Assembly: GCA_025544715.1 (NCBI GenBank) | Contig: GCA_025544715.1_4109.7 | DNA length: 10,467 nt | Direction: 5' to 3' (one strand) | From: Escherichia coli | Lineage (GTDB): Bacteria; Pseudomonadota; Gammaproteobacteria; Enterobacterales; Enterobacteriaceae | In this document: positions 1-6,126 of the stretch, piece after piece | Numbering within the stretch: position 1 is the first letter of the stretch | Layout of the letters: every line of letters begins with the position of its first letter | Position numbers and translations under genes: made by a program | Notes under the pieces: model-generated | The model's input: the letters and a program-made list of their open reading frames with translations, nothing else | What the model was told of the DNA's origin: nothing | Databases searched by the model: none

Positions 1-8
1 TCAATAGA

Positions 9-206
9 TTATTTTAACTTTTTTCTGTCATTGATTAATGCTTTCAGTACTATACTAATGATTTGCAATGATTCATCAATGACTATAAAATTATTTTCTT
101 TCATTAGATGATAGTTACCATTGATTGTATATTCTAATGAGTACTGTTTACGTTTAATTTTTGATAATGTTTCTATTTGTTTTTGTACTGATTTCATGCT
201 AATCAT
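9..206 (-). CDS. hypothetical small protein (65 aa), very AT-rich
   Basis: ORF track; ATG at 206 with weak SD (cAGGAcg ~10 nt upstream); no cassette promoter; visibly lower GC than neighbouring genes. Confidence 0.35.
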   Translation of the reverse strand: MISMKSVQKQIETLSKIKRKQYSLEYTINGNYHLMKENNFIVIDESLQIISIVLKALINDRKKLK

Positions 207-279
207 TGTTAAACGTCCTGTAACGCATTCTAACGAGATAAACGGTTTAGTACTGGCATTGTATAGGGTAAATGATTAA

Positions 280-305
280 AGCCCACCAGCGTTAACCAGT
301 GGGCT
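280..305 (-). terminator. possible intrinsic terminator
   Basis: hairpin AGCCCAC..GTGGGCT followed on the minus strand by a partly U-rich tail (CUUUAAUCAUUU); weaker than the two canonical copies. Confidence 0.35.
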
Positions 306-311
306 ATAATC

Positions 312-455
312 TTACATCTTGCGGATAATCTTAACAGTATCTTTCACCGATTTACCGTCTTGCTGGCATTGCTCGATCATCGCGTATTGTTCTGCGGTCA
401 GATCTTCGCCAGTTTTAGCCAATACTGCATCGATGAATGAATCCAGTGCGATCAT
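312..455 (-). CDS. hypothetical protein (47 aa, MIALDSFIDAVLAKTGEDLTAEQYAMIEQCQQDGKSVKDTVKIIRKM)
   Basis: Translated by hand (below ORF-track cutoff); ATG 455 preceded by AAGAGAGAAA purine tract and sigma70-like promoter at 500-527; stop TAA 312-314; hairpin 280-305 downstream. Confidence 0.5.
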   Translation of the reverse strand: MIALDSFIDAVLAKTGEDLTAEQYAMIEQCQQDGKSVKDTVKIIRKM

Positions 456-499
456 TTTGTTTCTCTCTTAGGTTAAGTTAACTACTGTTTATAAAACTT

Positions 500-527
500 A
501 TTATACAGTACTATCAAACATTGTCAA
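500..527 (-). promoter_or_regulatory. sigma70-like early promoter, no stem-loop
   Basis: minus strand TTGACA (522-527), 16 nt spacer with AGTACT, TGTATAAT (-10 at 500-505). Confidence 0.6.
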
Positions 528-554
528 TAGATTTAATAGTACTGGTAATATATT

Positions 555-734
555 TTAGCGGTAATCGTCGTATGCTTTATTAACCTGGCGAATGTAACTT
601 TCAAAGGCTTCGTCTACCGTTTCATACTCCCGAACATAATCACCATAGGAAACCACATACATCCCTTTTTGTTCTTCAAACGTCATGATGATAGAATCCA
701 GGCCGATGATTTCAGTTTTTGCGATAATAGCCAT
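555..734 (-). CDS. hypothetical protein (59 aa; track ORF 555..803 trimmed to MAIIAKTEI...)
   Basis: ATG 734 has SD AAGGAAT 9 nt upstream and lies downstream of promoter -10 (775-780)/-35 (798-803); the track's longer start at 803 is upstream of the -35 and has no SD. Confidence 0.5.
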   Translation of the reverse strand: MAIIAKTEIIGLDSIIMTFEEQKGMYVVSYGDYVREYETVDEAFESYIRQVNKAYDDYR

Positions 735-774
735 TTTAGTATTCCTTAAATTAATATGTTGTCTTGATGTAGGT

Positions 775-803
775 ATTATGCCAGTACTATCAAACGTTGT
801 CAA
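775..803 (-). promoter_or_regulatory. sigma70-like early promoter (variant cassette without GGGGAG hairpin)
   Basis: TTGACA (798-803), 17 nt, CATAAT (775-780); near-identical copy at 3918-3946. Confidence 0.55.
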
Positions 804-822
804 TAGTACTGTGATAATATTT

Positions 823-1035
823 TTAGTTAATGATAGTCAGTGTAAAATTGTAATCCCCTGCCTGGTATAGTACTTTATCGCCGAACGTGCCGACACGTTT
901 CATATTGCAATAGATACCCATAACATTTTTTACATCTTTGATATTCCGAACGCCAGTGATATCCTTGTTGAAATTTTCATGATCAGAAAATAAAACTTGT
1001 TTTGCATTTTTCAGTACAGTGCGGATATTAGCCAT
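823..1035 (-). CDS. hypothetical protein (70 aa, MANIRTV...)
   Basis: ORF track; ATG 1035 directly after cassette stem-loop 1061-1080 and purine-rich SD; stop lies in upstream tract of next promoter. Confidence 0.6.
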   Translation of the reverse strand: MANIRTVLKNAKQVLFSDHENFNKDITGVRNIKDVKNVMGIYCNMKRVGTFGDKVLYQAGDYNFTLTIIN

Positions 1036-1060
1036 TTTGTTTTCTCTCTCTTTGTTAGTA

Positions 1061-1125
1061 GGGAAGTACTAATACTTCCCGTGCCTTGATGTAAACTATT
1101 ATACAGTACTAAAAACTATTGTCAA
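1061..1125 (-). promoter_or_regulatory. promoter + 5' UTR stem-loop cassette
   Basis: TTGACA 1120-1125, 16 nt, TATAAT 1098-1103; stem-loop GGGAAGTA/TACTTCCC 1061-1080. Confidence 0.65.
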
Positions 1126-1133
1126 ACTATTTT

Positions 1134-1334
1134 TTAAATTTTTTTCCATTTCATTTGCCCGGCCGGACGCTGAGCAATAGGAATAAACATATTGCTAATA
1201 TTACTGATATAACCTACCTGGAGATCACGCTGACTACCATACGCCCGACTTGCTGCATTTTTTGCCCCGCGTTCTGAATCGTATACGCCGTTAGATACTG
1301 AAAAACCTACTACACCGAAAGTGAATTGTTTCAT
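1134..1334 (-). CDS. hypothetical protein (66 aa, MKQFTFGVVGFS...)
   Basis: ORF track; ATG 1334 after stem-loop 1356-1374 and SD; stop TAA inside TTTTTTAA tract of cassette at 1120-1140. Confidence 0.6.
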   Translation of the reverse strand: MKQFTFGVVGFSVSNGVYDSERGAKNAASRAYGSQRDLQVGYISNISNMFIPIAQRPAGQMKWKKI

Positions 1335-1355
1335 TTTATATCTCTCTTTGTTAGT

Positions 1356-1414
1356 GGGGAGAACTATTCTCCCCTTGATGTAAACTATTATACAGTACTA
1401 TAAACTATTGTCAA
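1356..1414 (-). promoter_or_regulatory. promoter + 5' UTR stem-loop cassette
   Basis: TTGACA 1409-1414, 16 nt, TATAAT 1387-1392; stem-loop GGGGAGAA/TTCTCCCC 1356-1374. Confidence 0.65.
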
Positions 1415-1428
1415 ACTATTTTTTAATA

Positions 1429-1770
1429 TTATTCAAAATCTTCTGGACCGGACTGATAATCATCTTCACCGTATGCACTTTCTAACTTCTCGCCAGTGTG
1501 ATCATCAGTTAGTGAGTCATCCTCATAGTTCACGTCTACGCCCGTGATGTAAAACTGGCTATCGTCTGGATCATTGAAATTAATTTTCTGAATGTTTACA
1601 ATAACGGTATTGATGCCCAGGACACCGCCATCAGCAGTTACAAAGTACTGATATTTTTCACAACCGCCTGAATTGAAACCGTAATTGATTTCGGCCCGAC
1701 CATCATTTAAACGCAGTGCCTGAGCGATGATTTCGTTTTCAAAGTTAGATTGAGCAATTGCAATAGTCAT
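1429..1770 (-). CDS. hypothetical protein, acidic C-terminus (113 aa; track ORF trimmed to MTIAIAQSNF...)
   Basis: ATG 1770 with SD AAGGAAA 7 nt upstream, immediately downstream of stem-loop 1790-1808 and promoter (-10 1822-1827, -35 1844-1849); the track start at 1863 lies upstream of the promoter. Confidence 0.6.
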   Translation of the reverse strand: MTIAIAQSNFENEIIAQALRLNDGRAEINYGFNSGGCEKYQYFVTADGGVLGINTVIVNIQKINFNDPDDSQFYITGVDVNYEDDSLTDDHTGEKLESAYGEDDYQSGPEDFE

Positions 1771-1789
1771 GATTCGTTTCCTTATTACC

Positions 1790-1849
1790 AGGGGAAACCG
1801 TTTCCCCTCTCGATATAAAACATTATACGCGAATTGAGATAGTATGCAA
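1790..1849 (-). promoter_or_regulatory. promoter + 5' UTR stem-loop cassette
   Basis: TTGCAT 1844-1849, 16 nt, TATAAT 1822-1827; stem-loop AGGGGAA/TTCCCCT 1790-1808. Confidence 0.6.
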
Positions 1850-1903
1850 GTACTTTTTATCAAATACTTTAAAATAGTTTTCAGTACTCAAAGATTATAC
1901 AAT

Positions 1904-1947
1904 AGATACACTCCTGCACCCTGTGGGCTAGTGAGCTATCTCTCAAT
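1904..1947 (-). ncRNA. conserved element copy 1 (candidate small RNA or 5' leader)
   Basis: minus-sense GAGATAGCTCACTAGCCCACAGGGTGCAGGAGTGTATCT behind promoter 1954-1982; alignable with plus copy 6581-6618. Confidence 0.25.
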
Positions 1948-1953
1948 GAATAT

Positions 1954-1982
1954 ATAATAGCAAAATGGCTGACCGAAGTCAA
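1954..1982 (-). promoter_or_regulatory. sigma70-like promoter driving conserved element copy 1
   Basis: minus strand TTGACT (1977-1982), 17 nt, TATTAT (1954-1959); lies directly downstream of the stop at 1992. Confidence 0.4.
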
Positions 1983-1991
1983 CCACTTTTT

Positions 1992-2129
1992 TCATTTATT
2001 TTTAGCTTTTAGAATCGCCGCCTTTCGCGTCATGCCTTGCTTGATGTACTCCTTTACTTTCGCTTTACGTGCTTTCGCTTTATCTGCTTTCGTTTTAGGA
2101 GTACTGTAAATTATACCGTTAGGATTCAT
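1992..2129 (-). CDS. small Lys/Ala-rich basic protein (45 aa, MNPNGIIYSTPKTKADKAKARKAKVKEYIKQGMTRKAAILKAKNK)
   Basis: Translated by hand; ATG 2129 immediately follows the TAA of the upstream 29-aa ORF (TAAATG); GGTGA 6 nt upstream; stop TGA 1992-1994. Confidence 0.4.
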   Translation of the reverse strand: MNPNGIIYSTPKTKADKAKARKAKVKEYIKQGMTRKAAILKAKNK

Positions 2130-2219
2130 TTAAATCACCATAAAGAATAGATAGGTTACTAACAACGCCGCGATCAATGCACCGATCACCGCCGAACTGT
2201 AATAAGCCAATGATTTCAT
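2130..2219 (-). CDS. hydrophobic 29-aa peptide, predicted single transmembrane helix (MKSLAYYSSAVIGALIAALLVTYLFFMVI)
   Basis: Translated by hand; ATG overlaps the TGA of the upstream gene in an ATGA arrangement (translational coupling); uninterrupted hydrophobic core; no own SD. Confidence 0.35.
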   Translation of the reverse strand: MKSLAYYSSAVIGALIAALLVTYLFFMVI

Positions 2220-2368
2220 TTTTTAGCCTGAAAGTAATGTTTAATTTGTGCGGCGGTCAGTGCACAATTACGCAGGAAGTTTTCTGTATAACTGCGACGA
2301 GTACTGAAAGAGAATTGACCTTTGCCGTTACCGATAGTAACATCAAACCGAGCGTTGTATTGTTTCAT
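2216..2368 (-). CDS. hypothetical protein (50 aa; track ORF trimmed to MKQYNARFDV...)
   Basis: ATG 2368 with strong SD AGGAGA, downstream of stem-loop 2387-2406 and promoter (-10 2419-2424, -35 2441-2446). Confidence 0.55.
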   Translation of the reverse strand: MKQYNARFDVTIGNGKGQFSFSTRRSYTENFLRNCALTAAQIKHYFQAKK

Positions 2369-2386
2369 TTTGTTTCTCCTGTTATT

Positions 2387-2446
2387 GGGGAGAATCATTT
2401 CTCCCCTTCATGTAAAACATTATACAGTACTAAAAACTAATTGCAA
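2387..2446 (-). promoter_or_regulatory. promoter + 5' UTR stem-loop cassette
   Basis: TTGCAA 2441-2446, 16 nt, TATAAT 2419-2424; stem-loop GGGGAGAA/TTCTCCCC 2387-2406. Confidence 0.65.
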
Positions 2447-2449
2447 GTA

Positions 2450-2596
2450 CTATTTTTTAGATTTACGCAAACTTTCTACCATCTCAGGAGTAAGGCCAGG
2501 CGGGTAGGAAACCACTTCATCAACGAAACGTAAAGGGAATACCCCAGCGAAAGGTGAACATGCTTTCTTAGTATTACTCTTTTTTGATGCTTTCAT
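2450..2596 (-). CDS. small basic protein (48 aa, MKASKKSNTKKACSPFAGVFPLRFVDEVVSYPPGLTPEMVESLRKSKK)
   Basis: Translated by hand; ATG 2596 with SD AAGGAAT ~8 nt upstream, after stem-loop 2616-2635; stop TAG 2450-2452 abuts -35 of the next cassette. Confidence 0.5.
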   Translation of the reverse strand: MKASKKSNTKKACSPFAGVFPLRFVDEVVSYPPGLTPEMVESLRKSKK

Positions 2597-2615
2597 TTCA
2601 TATTCCTTAATTAGT

Positions 2616-2675
2616 GGGGAGAATCATTTCTCCCCTTCATGTAAAACATTATACAGTACTGAAAACTAATTGCAA
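2616..2675 (-). promoter_or_regulatory. promoter + 5' UTR stem-loop cassette
   Basis: TTGCAA 2670-2675, 16 nt, TATAAT 2648-2653; stem-loop 2616-2635, identical in sequence to the one at 2387-2406. Confidence 0.65.
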
Positions 2676-2875
2676 GTACTTTCTGAAAGTAAATGCTCAT
2701 AAGCTGCATTGACTACATTTTCAATAACCGACTGTACAGGAAGATCCCCCACGTCCTGGCTATAGTAGAAATCGCTTACAGTGGTGTTATCGTATGCAAA
2801 TACTTTACCAGGTACGGCATCAATCACATACATATTAACCTTTAAGATGTCGATTTTATCCTGTACAGTAAGCAT
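2666..2875 (-). CDS. hypothetical protein (69 aa)
   Basis: ORF track; ATG 2875 is 5 nt after the stop of 2881..3138 (operon partner); last codons and stop read through the spacer and -35 of cassette 2616-2675. Confidence 0.55.
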   Translation of the reverse strand: MLTVQDKIDILKVNMYVIDAVPGKVFAYDNTTVSDFYYSQDVGDLPVQSVIENVVNAAYEHLLSESTCN

Positions 2876-2880
2876 ATTAA

Positions 2881-3138
2881 TTAACCTTTTAAGTACTGGC
2901 TTAAGTAGTCTTGTTGATCTTCGGTGGTTGCCGCCATCTTCCCTAGTACTGGATTGATGATATAATCCTGATCCGCCTTATCAGTACTAGCAACCGGACG
3001 GATACGGGCCATTTCCTGGGCTTGTTCCACACTGTAACGCTCATAAAGGCGGCATTCTTCCGGTGTTAGCATTGCATCAATACGTTTCATTGGTTTAATG
3101 ATGCTTTCAACTTCATTGAGTACTTGATTAACGTTCAT
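2881..3138 (-). CDS. hypothetical protein (85 aa)
   Basis: ORF track; GGGGA SD 8 nt upstream of ATG 3138; no own cassette promoter, likely co-transcribed with 3190..3459; contains four AGTACT sites in three frames. Confidence 0.6.
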   Translation of the reverse strand: MNVNQVLNEVESIIKPMKRIDAMLTPEECRLYERYSVEQAQEMARIRPVASTDKADQDYIINPVLGKMAATTEDQQDYLSQYLKG

Positions 3139-3189
3139 GGTATAATCCCCAATATAAGCGGCCTAAATCAACCGCTAACGATGTTTTGA

Positions 3190-3459
3190 TTAATAGGTGT
3201 AGGGTTGACGCTCAAACAATGATTGCACGTTGTACGCCCCGCTAATGGGCTTCGCTGTCAAATCAATTTTATATTGTTCACGCTTAAAGATAATAAAACG
3301 ACAATTGTTCTTAACATCAAAATTGATTGAACGTTCCAGGAGTTTACCATCGTGCACAAATACAAGATAACCGCTCGCTACTTGTTTTGTAGTACTGGTT
3401 GCAACCATAGACCGACGAACATGTGTACCTGCATCGATTAAAGTACTGATATTTTTCAT
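3190..3459 (-). CDS. hypothetical protein (89 aa)
   Basis: ORF track; strong SD AAGAGGA 9 nt upstream of ATG 3459; preceded by a distinct stem-loop (3498-3526). Confidence 0.6.
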   Translation of the reverse strand: MKNISTLIDAGTHVRRSMVATSTTKQVASGYLVFVHDGKLLERSINFDVKNNCRFIIFKREQYKIDLTAKPISGAYNVQSLFERQPYTY

Positions 3460-3497
3460 TATACTATCCTCTTAAGTTAGTTTAATTTCTTTCCCCT

Positions 3498-3534
3498 ATG
3501 CAGACACTATATCAAAGTATCTGCATAAAGTAAA
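3498..3534 (-). promoter_or_regulatory. possible weak promoter plus distinct 5' stem-loop for operon 3459->2666
   Basis: minus strand TTTACT (3529-3534), 17 nt, TATAGT (3506-3511); inverted repeat ATGCAGA/TCTGCAT 3498-3526; not the cassette type. Confidence 0.3.
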
Positions 3535-3539
3535 GCTAA

Positions 3540-3884
3540 TTAAAGATCTTTTTTGCGTTTAACATCAGTTACCGAACTGTAAACAGTGATATTATTGTCA
3601 CGGCAAAAACGTGAAAGGTATGATCCGCGTGTAAACTCCTTCCCTTCCATATCAATAACCTTGCTAAATTCTTCCATTGCTACGGTGTCAAAGTGATCCC
3701 CATAACCATATTGGAACGGCACGTTTACCACTTCAATAAAATTACCATCGATTTCAACGTCTACACTTAAAGAAAAATAAGTGTTACCATATGAAGCCTG
3801 GAACCAACGCCGAGCGGCAATATGTACAACTTCAACAGAAGACAGGTTGATATTTTGTGCAGCGATGGTGTTGATGTTAGCCAT
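3540..3884 (-). CDS. hypothetical protein (114 aa, MANINTIAAQ...)
   Basis: ORF track; SD AAGAGGAAA; hairpin-less cassette promoter 3918-3946. Confidence 0.65.
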   Translation of the reverse strand: MANINTIAAQNINLSSVEVVHIAARRWFQASYGNTYFSLSVDVEIDGNFIEVVNVPFQYGYGDHFDTVAMEEFSKVIDMEGKEFTRGSYLSRFCRDNNITVYSSVTDVKRKKDL

Positions 3885-3917
3885 TTTTGTTTCCTCTTAG
3901 TTGTCTTGATAAAATCT

Positions 3918-3946
3918 ATTATGCCAGTACTATCAAACTATGTCAA
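3918..3946 (-). promoter_or_regulatory. sigma70-like early promoter (variant cassette without GGGGAG hairpin)
   Basis: TTGACA 3941-3946, 17 nt, CATAAT 3918-3923; near-identical to 775-803. Confidence 0.6.
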
Positions 3947-3965
3947 TAGTACTGTGATAATAATT

Positions 3966-4109
3966 TTACTTACTTTTTGCTTTCTTTACAGCTTCCACCT
4001 GGTCGGCCCACTCTTTACCCCATACTTGAGCGTTATAGTGATACTGACAAAGAGCAACGCCCCGTTTCAAACCAGTAATAGATTTTTTACCACATTGACA
4101 AGTTTTCAT
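3966..4109 (-). CDS. small Cys/His-containing protein, possible zinc-binding (47 aa, MKTCQCGKKSITGLKRGVALCQYHYNAQVWGKEWADQVEAVKKAKSK)
   Basis: Translated by hand; ATG 4109 with SD AAGAGGAAA after stem-loop 4128-4147; C-x-C ... C-x2-H spacing. Confidence 0.5.
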   Translation of the reverse strand: MKTCQCGKKSITGLKRGVALCQYHYNAQVWGKEWADQVEAVKKAKSK

Positions 4110-4127
4110 TTTTAGTTTCCTCTTAGT

Positions 4128-4187
4128 GGGGAGAACCATTTCTCCCCTTGATGTAATGTATTATACTTTATCTGACTTACTTTGCAA
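4128..4187 (-). promoter_or_regulatory. promoter + 5' UTR stem-loop cassette
   Basis: TTGCAA 4182-4187, 16 nt, TATAAT 4160-4165; stem-loop GGGGAGAA/TTCTCCCC 4128-4147. Confidence 0.65.
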
Positions 4188-4194
4188 GTACTTT

Positions 4195-4422
4195 TTAGTT
4201 TAATTCATCCAGGCATAAGATACGATCTACGCCGAGATCCGTTAAGCTAATGGTTGGCACTTGATAGGTTTCAATGTATTCTACACTAGCCCACTGACCG
4301 AACTCATTCACCGCCCAGGTATTCATTGCAAAATGTAATTCCGCACCTTTCTTATTAGTAATTACAGCAACAGTAGAAGAAGTGCCAGTAGTACCAGTTA
4401 CATAAGCGATTACGATAGCCAT
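4195..4422 (-). CDS. hypothetical protein (75 aa)
   Basis: ORF track; SD AGGAAT; promoter -10 4456-4461, -35 4479-4484. Confidence 0.6.
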   Translation of the reverse strand: MAIVIAYVTGTTGTSSTVAVITNKKGAELHFAMNTWAVNEFGQWASVEYIETYQVPTISLTDLGVDRILCLDELN

Positions 4423-4455
4423 TGTTTTGATTCCTATTCAGTAGTTGATGTATGT

Positions 4456-4484
4456 ATTATGTCAGTACTTAAAACTATTGTCAA
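4456..4484 (-). promoter_or_regulatory. sigma70-like early promoter, no stem-loop
   Basis: TTGACA 4479-4484, 17 nt, CATAAT 4456-4461. Confidence 0.55.
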
Positions 4485-4492
4485 ACTATTTT

Positions 4493-4645
4493 TTAAAGTT
4501 TATCAATGATTGATGCCGTTTCATTGATAGTCTTGCCGTGTTTTGCACACGCAATAACTGCTTTAAATTCCTTTGATGACCAATCTTTCTTGCTGCATAC
4601 TGACATTACTTGTAACGTGAAACAATCCAGTTCATAAGTATTCAT
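4493..4645 (-). CDS. hypothetical protein (50 aa, MNTYELDCFTLQVMSVCSKKDWSSKEFKAVIACAKHGKTINETASIIDKL)
   Basis: Translated by hand; ATG 4645 with SD GAGGA 8 nt upstream; cassette 4666-4718; stop TAA inside TTTTTTAAA tract of next cassette. Confidence 0.5.
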   Translation of the reverse strand: MNTYELDCFTLQVMSVCSKKDWSSKEFKAVIACAKHGKTINETASIIDKL

Positions 4646-4665
4646 CTTTATATCCTCAGTTAGTT

Positions 4666-4718
4666 AAGGTGTTTCGCCTTGATGTAATTAATTATACGCT
4701 AATCTCTTAATCGTGCAA
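4666..4718 (-). promoter_or_regulatory. promoter + weak 5' stem-loop
   Basis: TTGCAC 4713-4718, 16 nt, TATAAT 4691-4696; short hairpin AAGGTG/CGCCTT 4666-4680. Confidence 0.55.
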
Positions 4719-4825
4719 GTACTTTTTATTAGTTTTTATAAAATACTTTCTACGCCCTCAATCGCATTCTAACGACCATAACGCCACCAGCTAGGGCGAT
4801 GTATCAGATAATCAGTTTAATGCGT

Positions 4826-4839
4826 TAGAATCGATTCTA
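4826..4839. repeat. 14-bp perfect palindrome TAGAATCGATTCTA in a non-coding spacer
   Basis: self-complementary; overlaps an inverted copy of the TTCTAACG motif. Confidence 0.8.
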
Positions 4840-4871
4840 GGCGGTGCTAGTGGACTGGAATACTATAGACA

Positions 4872-4899
4872 CAAAAAAGCCCACTGTTTATAGTGGGCT
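4872..4899 (-). terminator. Rho-independent terminator
   Basis: minus strand AGCCCACT-ATAAAC-AGTGGGCT followed by UUUUUUGU; preceded by AGTACTGAATCA. Confidence 0.7.
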
Positions 4900-4920
4900 A
4901 GTGATTCAGTACTTTAATTG

Positions 4921-5403
4921 TTATGCTTCAACTTTGCGATGAGATTCGATCCATTCCTCACGGGTCAATCCGCTTTCTTTGATAGCATCCAGTACTACCG
5001 CGATGCAATTACCGCGTACTGGTACAGTGTATTCCTCGCCATTATCCAGAACTACAGTAACACGTTCTTGAATCCATTTTTTAGGTTTAGATTCTGGCTT
5101 ATCTTCACCATACTTAACCGCCAGGGCTTTATGTGCCATTTCGACAACTACTTCCAGATCCAATCCAGACACCGCCGCCTGGATACTTTCAATTGTTGCT
5201 TGCAGTTCTGCTTCACGGGCTTTTTTCTGTTCTTCCAGTTCTGCTACCTTTTTGGCTTGCAGTTCTTTCGCTTCGCTGTACGCAATGTTAAAATTGTTGC
5301 GTACTGCTTTCATGGTATCGTTATCCAGGTCAGCCAGCAATTCAGCAGCAATAACAGTATCGTTTGAAATCAGTGCTTTCAGGAATGATTTTACATTAGC
5401 CAT
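4921..5403 (-). CDS. hypothetical protein with central Glu/Lys/Ala-rich predicted coiled-coil (160 aa; start moved to MANVKSF...)
   Basis: The track start at 5418 is a TTG codon; ATG 5403 has SD GAGGA 9 nt upstream; promoter -10 TAGAAT 5527-5532, -35 5549-5554; intrinsic terminator downstream (4872-4899). Confidence 0.65.
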   Translation of the reverse strand: MANVKSFLKALISNDTVIAAELLADLDNDTMKAVRNNFNIAYSEAKELQAKKVAELEEQKKAREAELQATIESIQAAVSGLDLEVVVEMAHKALAVKYGEDKPESKPKKWIQERVTVVLDNGEEYTVPVRGNCIAVVLDAIKESGLTREEWIESHRKVEA

Positions 5404-5526
5404 TTTATAAATCCTCAATTAAAGTTTAGTTTACGTTAGTTAGTGTATCAAAGTTTTATTGACGTGTCCAGTTTTTCATTCGACTTACTGGCGGTCTACT
5501 TAGTGTTCCCCGTCTTGATGTAATAC

Positions 5527-5554
5527 ATTCTACGCCTTTTTGTGGTAATGTCAA
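5527..5554 (-). promoter_or_regulatory. sigma70-like promoter with long (~115 nt) leader
   Basis: TTGACA 5549-5554, 16 nt, TAGAAT 5527-5532; ATG at 5403. Confidence 0.5.
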
Positions 5555-5608
5555 CTACTTTTTTAAAACTATTTTCAAAGTATTCTAGTACTACAATCCT
5601 ACAATAAC

Positions 5609-5635
5609 AAAAAAGCCCACTGCTTATAGTGGGCT
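5609..5635 (-). terminator. Rho-independent terminator (near-identical copy of the 4872-4899 module)
   Basis: AGCCCACT-ATAAGC-AGTGGGCT followed by UUUUUUGUUAUUG; preceded by AGTACTGAATCA. Confidence 0.7.
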
Positions 5636-5652
5636 AGTGATTCAGTACTAGA

Positions 5653-5952
5653 TTATAAACAGTTAATTACTCCTGTATGCGTTACTTTCTCCGTATCCAT
5701 GACAGTGACAGAACCACGTTTAGCACTGGCATCATAATAAATTGTTGTGCTACCTTTATCATCTTCTTCATGGAACGGGCCGTTTTTAAATGCTTCCGGC
5801 TGCAATTCCAGATCCTTTAAAACAATCTCGCCTGTACTTTCATTGGTCATTGCTACTGTGCACTGAATGAATTTATCACTACTCACATCTAACGATGCGT
5901 TAACAGCGAAAGAGGAAACAGATAAAGCCAGGGCGATGATTGCAATTTTCAT
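5653..5952 (-). CDS. predicted secreted/periplasmic protein with N-terminal signal peptide (99 aa, MKIAIIALALSVSSFAVNA|S...)
   Basis: ORF track; hydrophobic N-terminus with AxA-like cleavage motif; its promoter cassette lies across the N gap at 6127-6186; terminator 5609-5635 downstream. Confidence 0.6.
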   Translation of the reverse strand: MKIAIIALALSVSSFAVNASLDVSSDKFIQCTVAMTNESTGEIVLKDLELQPEAFKNGPFHEEDDKGSTTIYYDASAKRGSVTVMDTEKVTHTGVINCL

Positions 5953-6110
5953 TTGNNNNNNNNNNNNNNNNNNNNNNNNNNNNNNNNNNNNNNNNNNNNN
6001 NNNNNNNNNNNNNNNNNNNNNNNNNNNNNNNNNNNNNNNNNNNNNNNNNNNNNGTTAACAGCGAAAGAGGAAACAGATAAAGCCAGGGCGATGATTGCAA
6101 TTTTCATTTG
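5899..6110. repeat. exact 57-bp direct duplication flanking the N gap (5899-5955 = 6054-6110)
   Basis: identical strings GTTAACAGCGAAAGAGGAAACAGATAAAGCCAGGGCGATGATTGCAATTTTCATTTG on both sides; most likely overlapping contig ends, so the true sequence probably joins 5955 to 6111. Confidence 0.8.
5956..6053. other. 98-nt run of N (assembly or scaffold gap)
   Basis: unbroken N run; both flanks are an identical 57-bp sequence. Confidence 0.95.
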
Positions 6111-6126
6111 ATTATCCTTAGTTACC

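Noticed and set aside
685-870. Plus-strand ORF (61 aa) from the track
   Set aside because: Antisense to a supported minus-strand gene and reads straight through a promoter cassette; the related 'MPVLSNxVNSTVII' peptide at 3822..4115 is simply the repeated cassette translated in the wrong frame.
1134-2368. Paralogy between 1134..1334 and 2216..2368 (both start MKQ, loose G.S..NG / S(R)xY similarity)
   Set aside because: Similarity too weak to support without an alignment score; left as unrelated hypotheticals.
2177-2507. Plus-strand ORFs 2177..2440 and 2322..2507
   Set aside because: Overlap minus-strand genes and the cassette at 2387-2446; no SD; opposite to the uniform gene orientation.
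3822-4115. Plus-strand ORF (97 aa)
   Set aside because: Spans a promoter cassette and the antisense of two minus-strand genes; no RBS.
4740-4880. tRNA genes in the non-coding spacers (also 10215-10312)
   Set aside because: Tried acceptor-stem pairing on both strands; no D-arm or T-loop (GTTCNANNC) could be placed, and the inverted repeats enclose too long a segment.
4918-5367. Plus-strand ORF (149 aa), Phe-rich
   Set aside because: Exactly antisense to the well-supported 160-aa gene; low-complexity F/L-rich translation typical of the antisense of a Lys/Glu-rich gene; no RBS or promoter.
5404-5520. Leader peptide (7 codons, MKNWTRQ) in the long 5' UTR of 4921..5403
   Set aside because: No SD, very short, no evidence of regulation; noted only because the leader is unusually long.
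5867-6100. ORFs 5867..6058 (+) and 5900..6100 (-) containing runs of X
   Set aside because: They span the N gap; artefacts of the assembly join.
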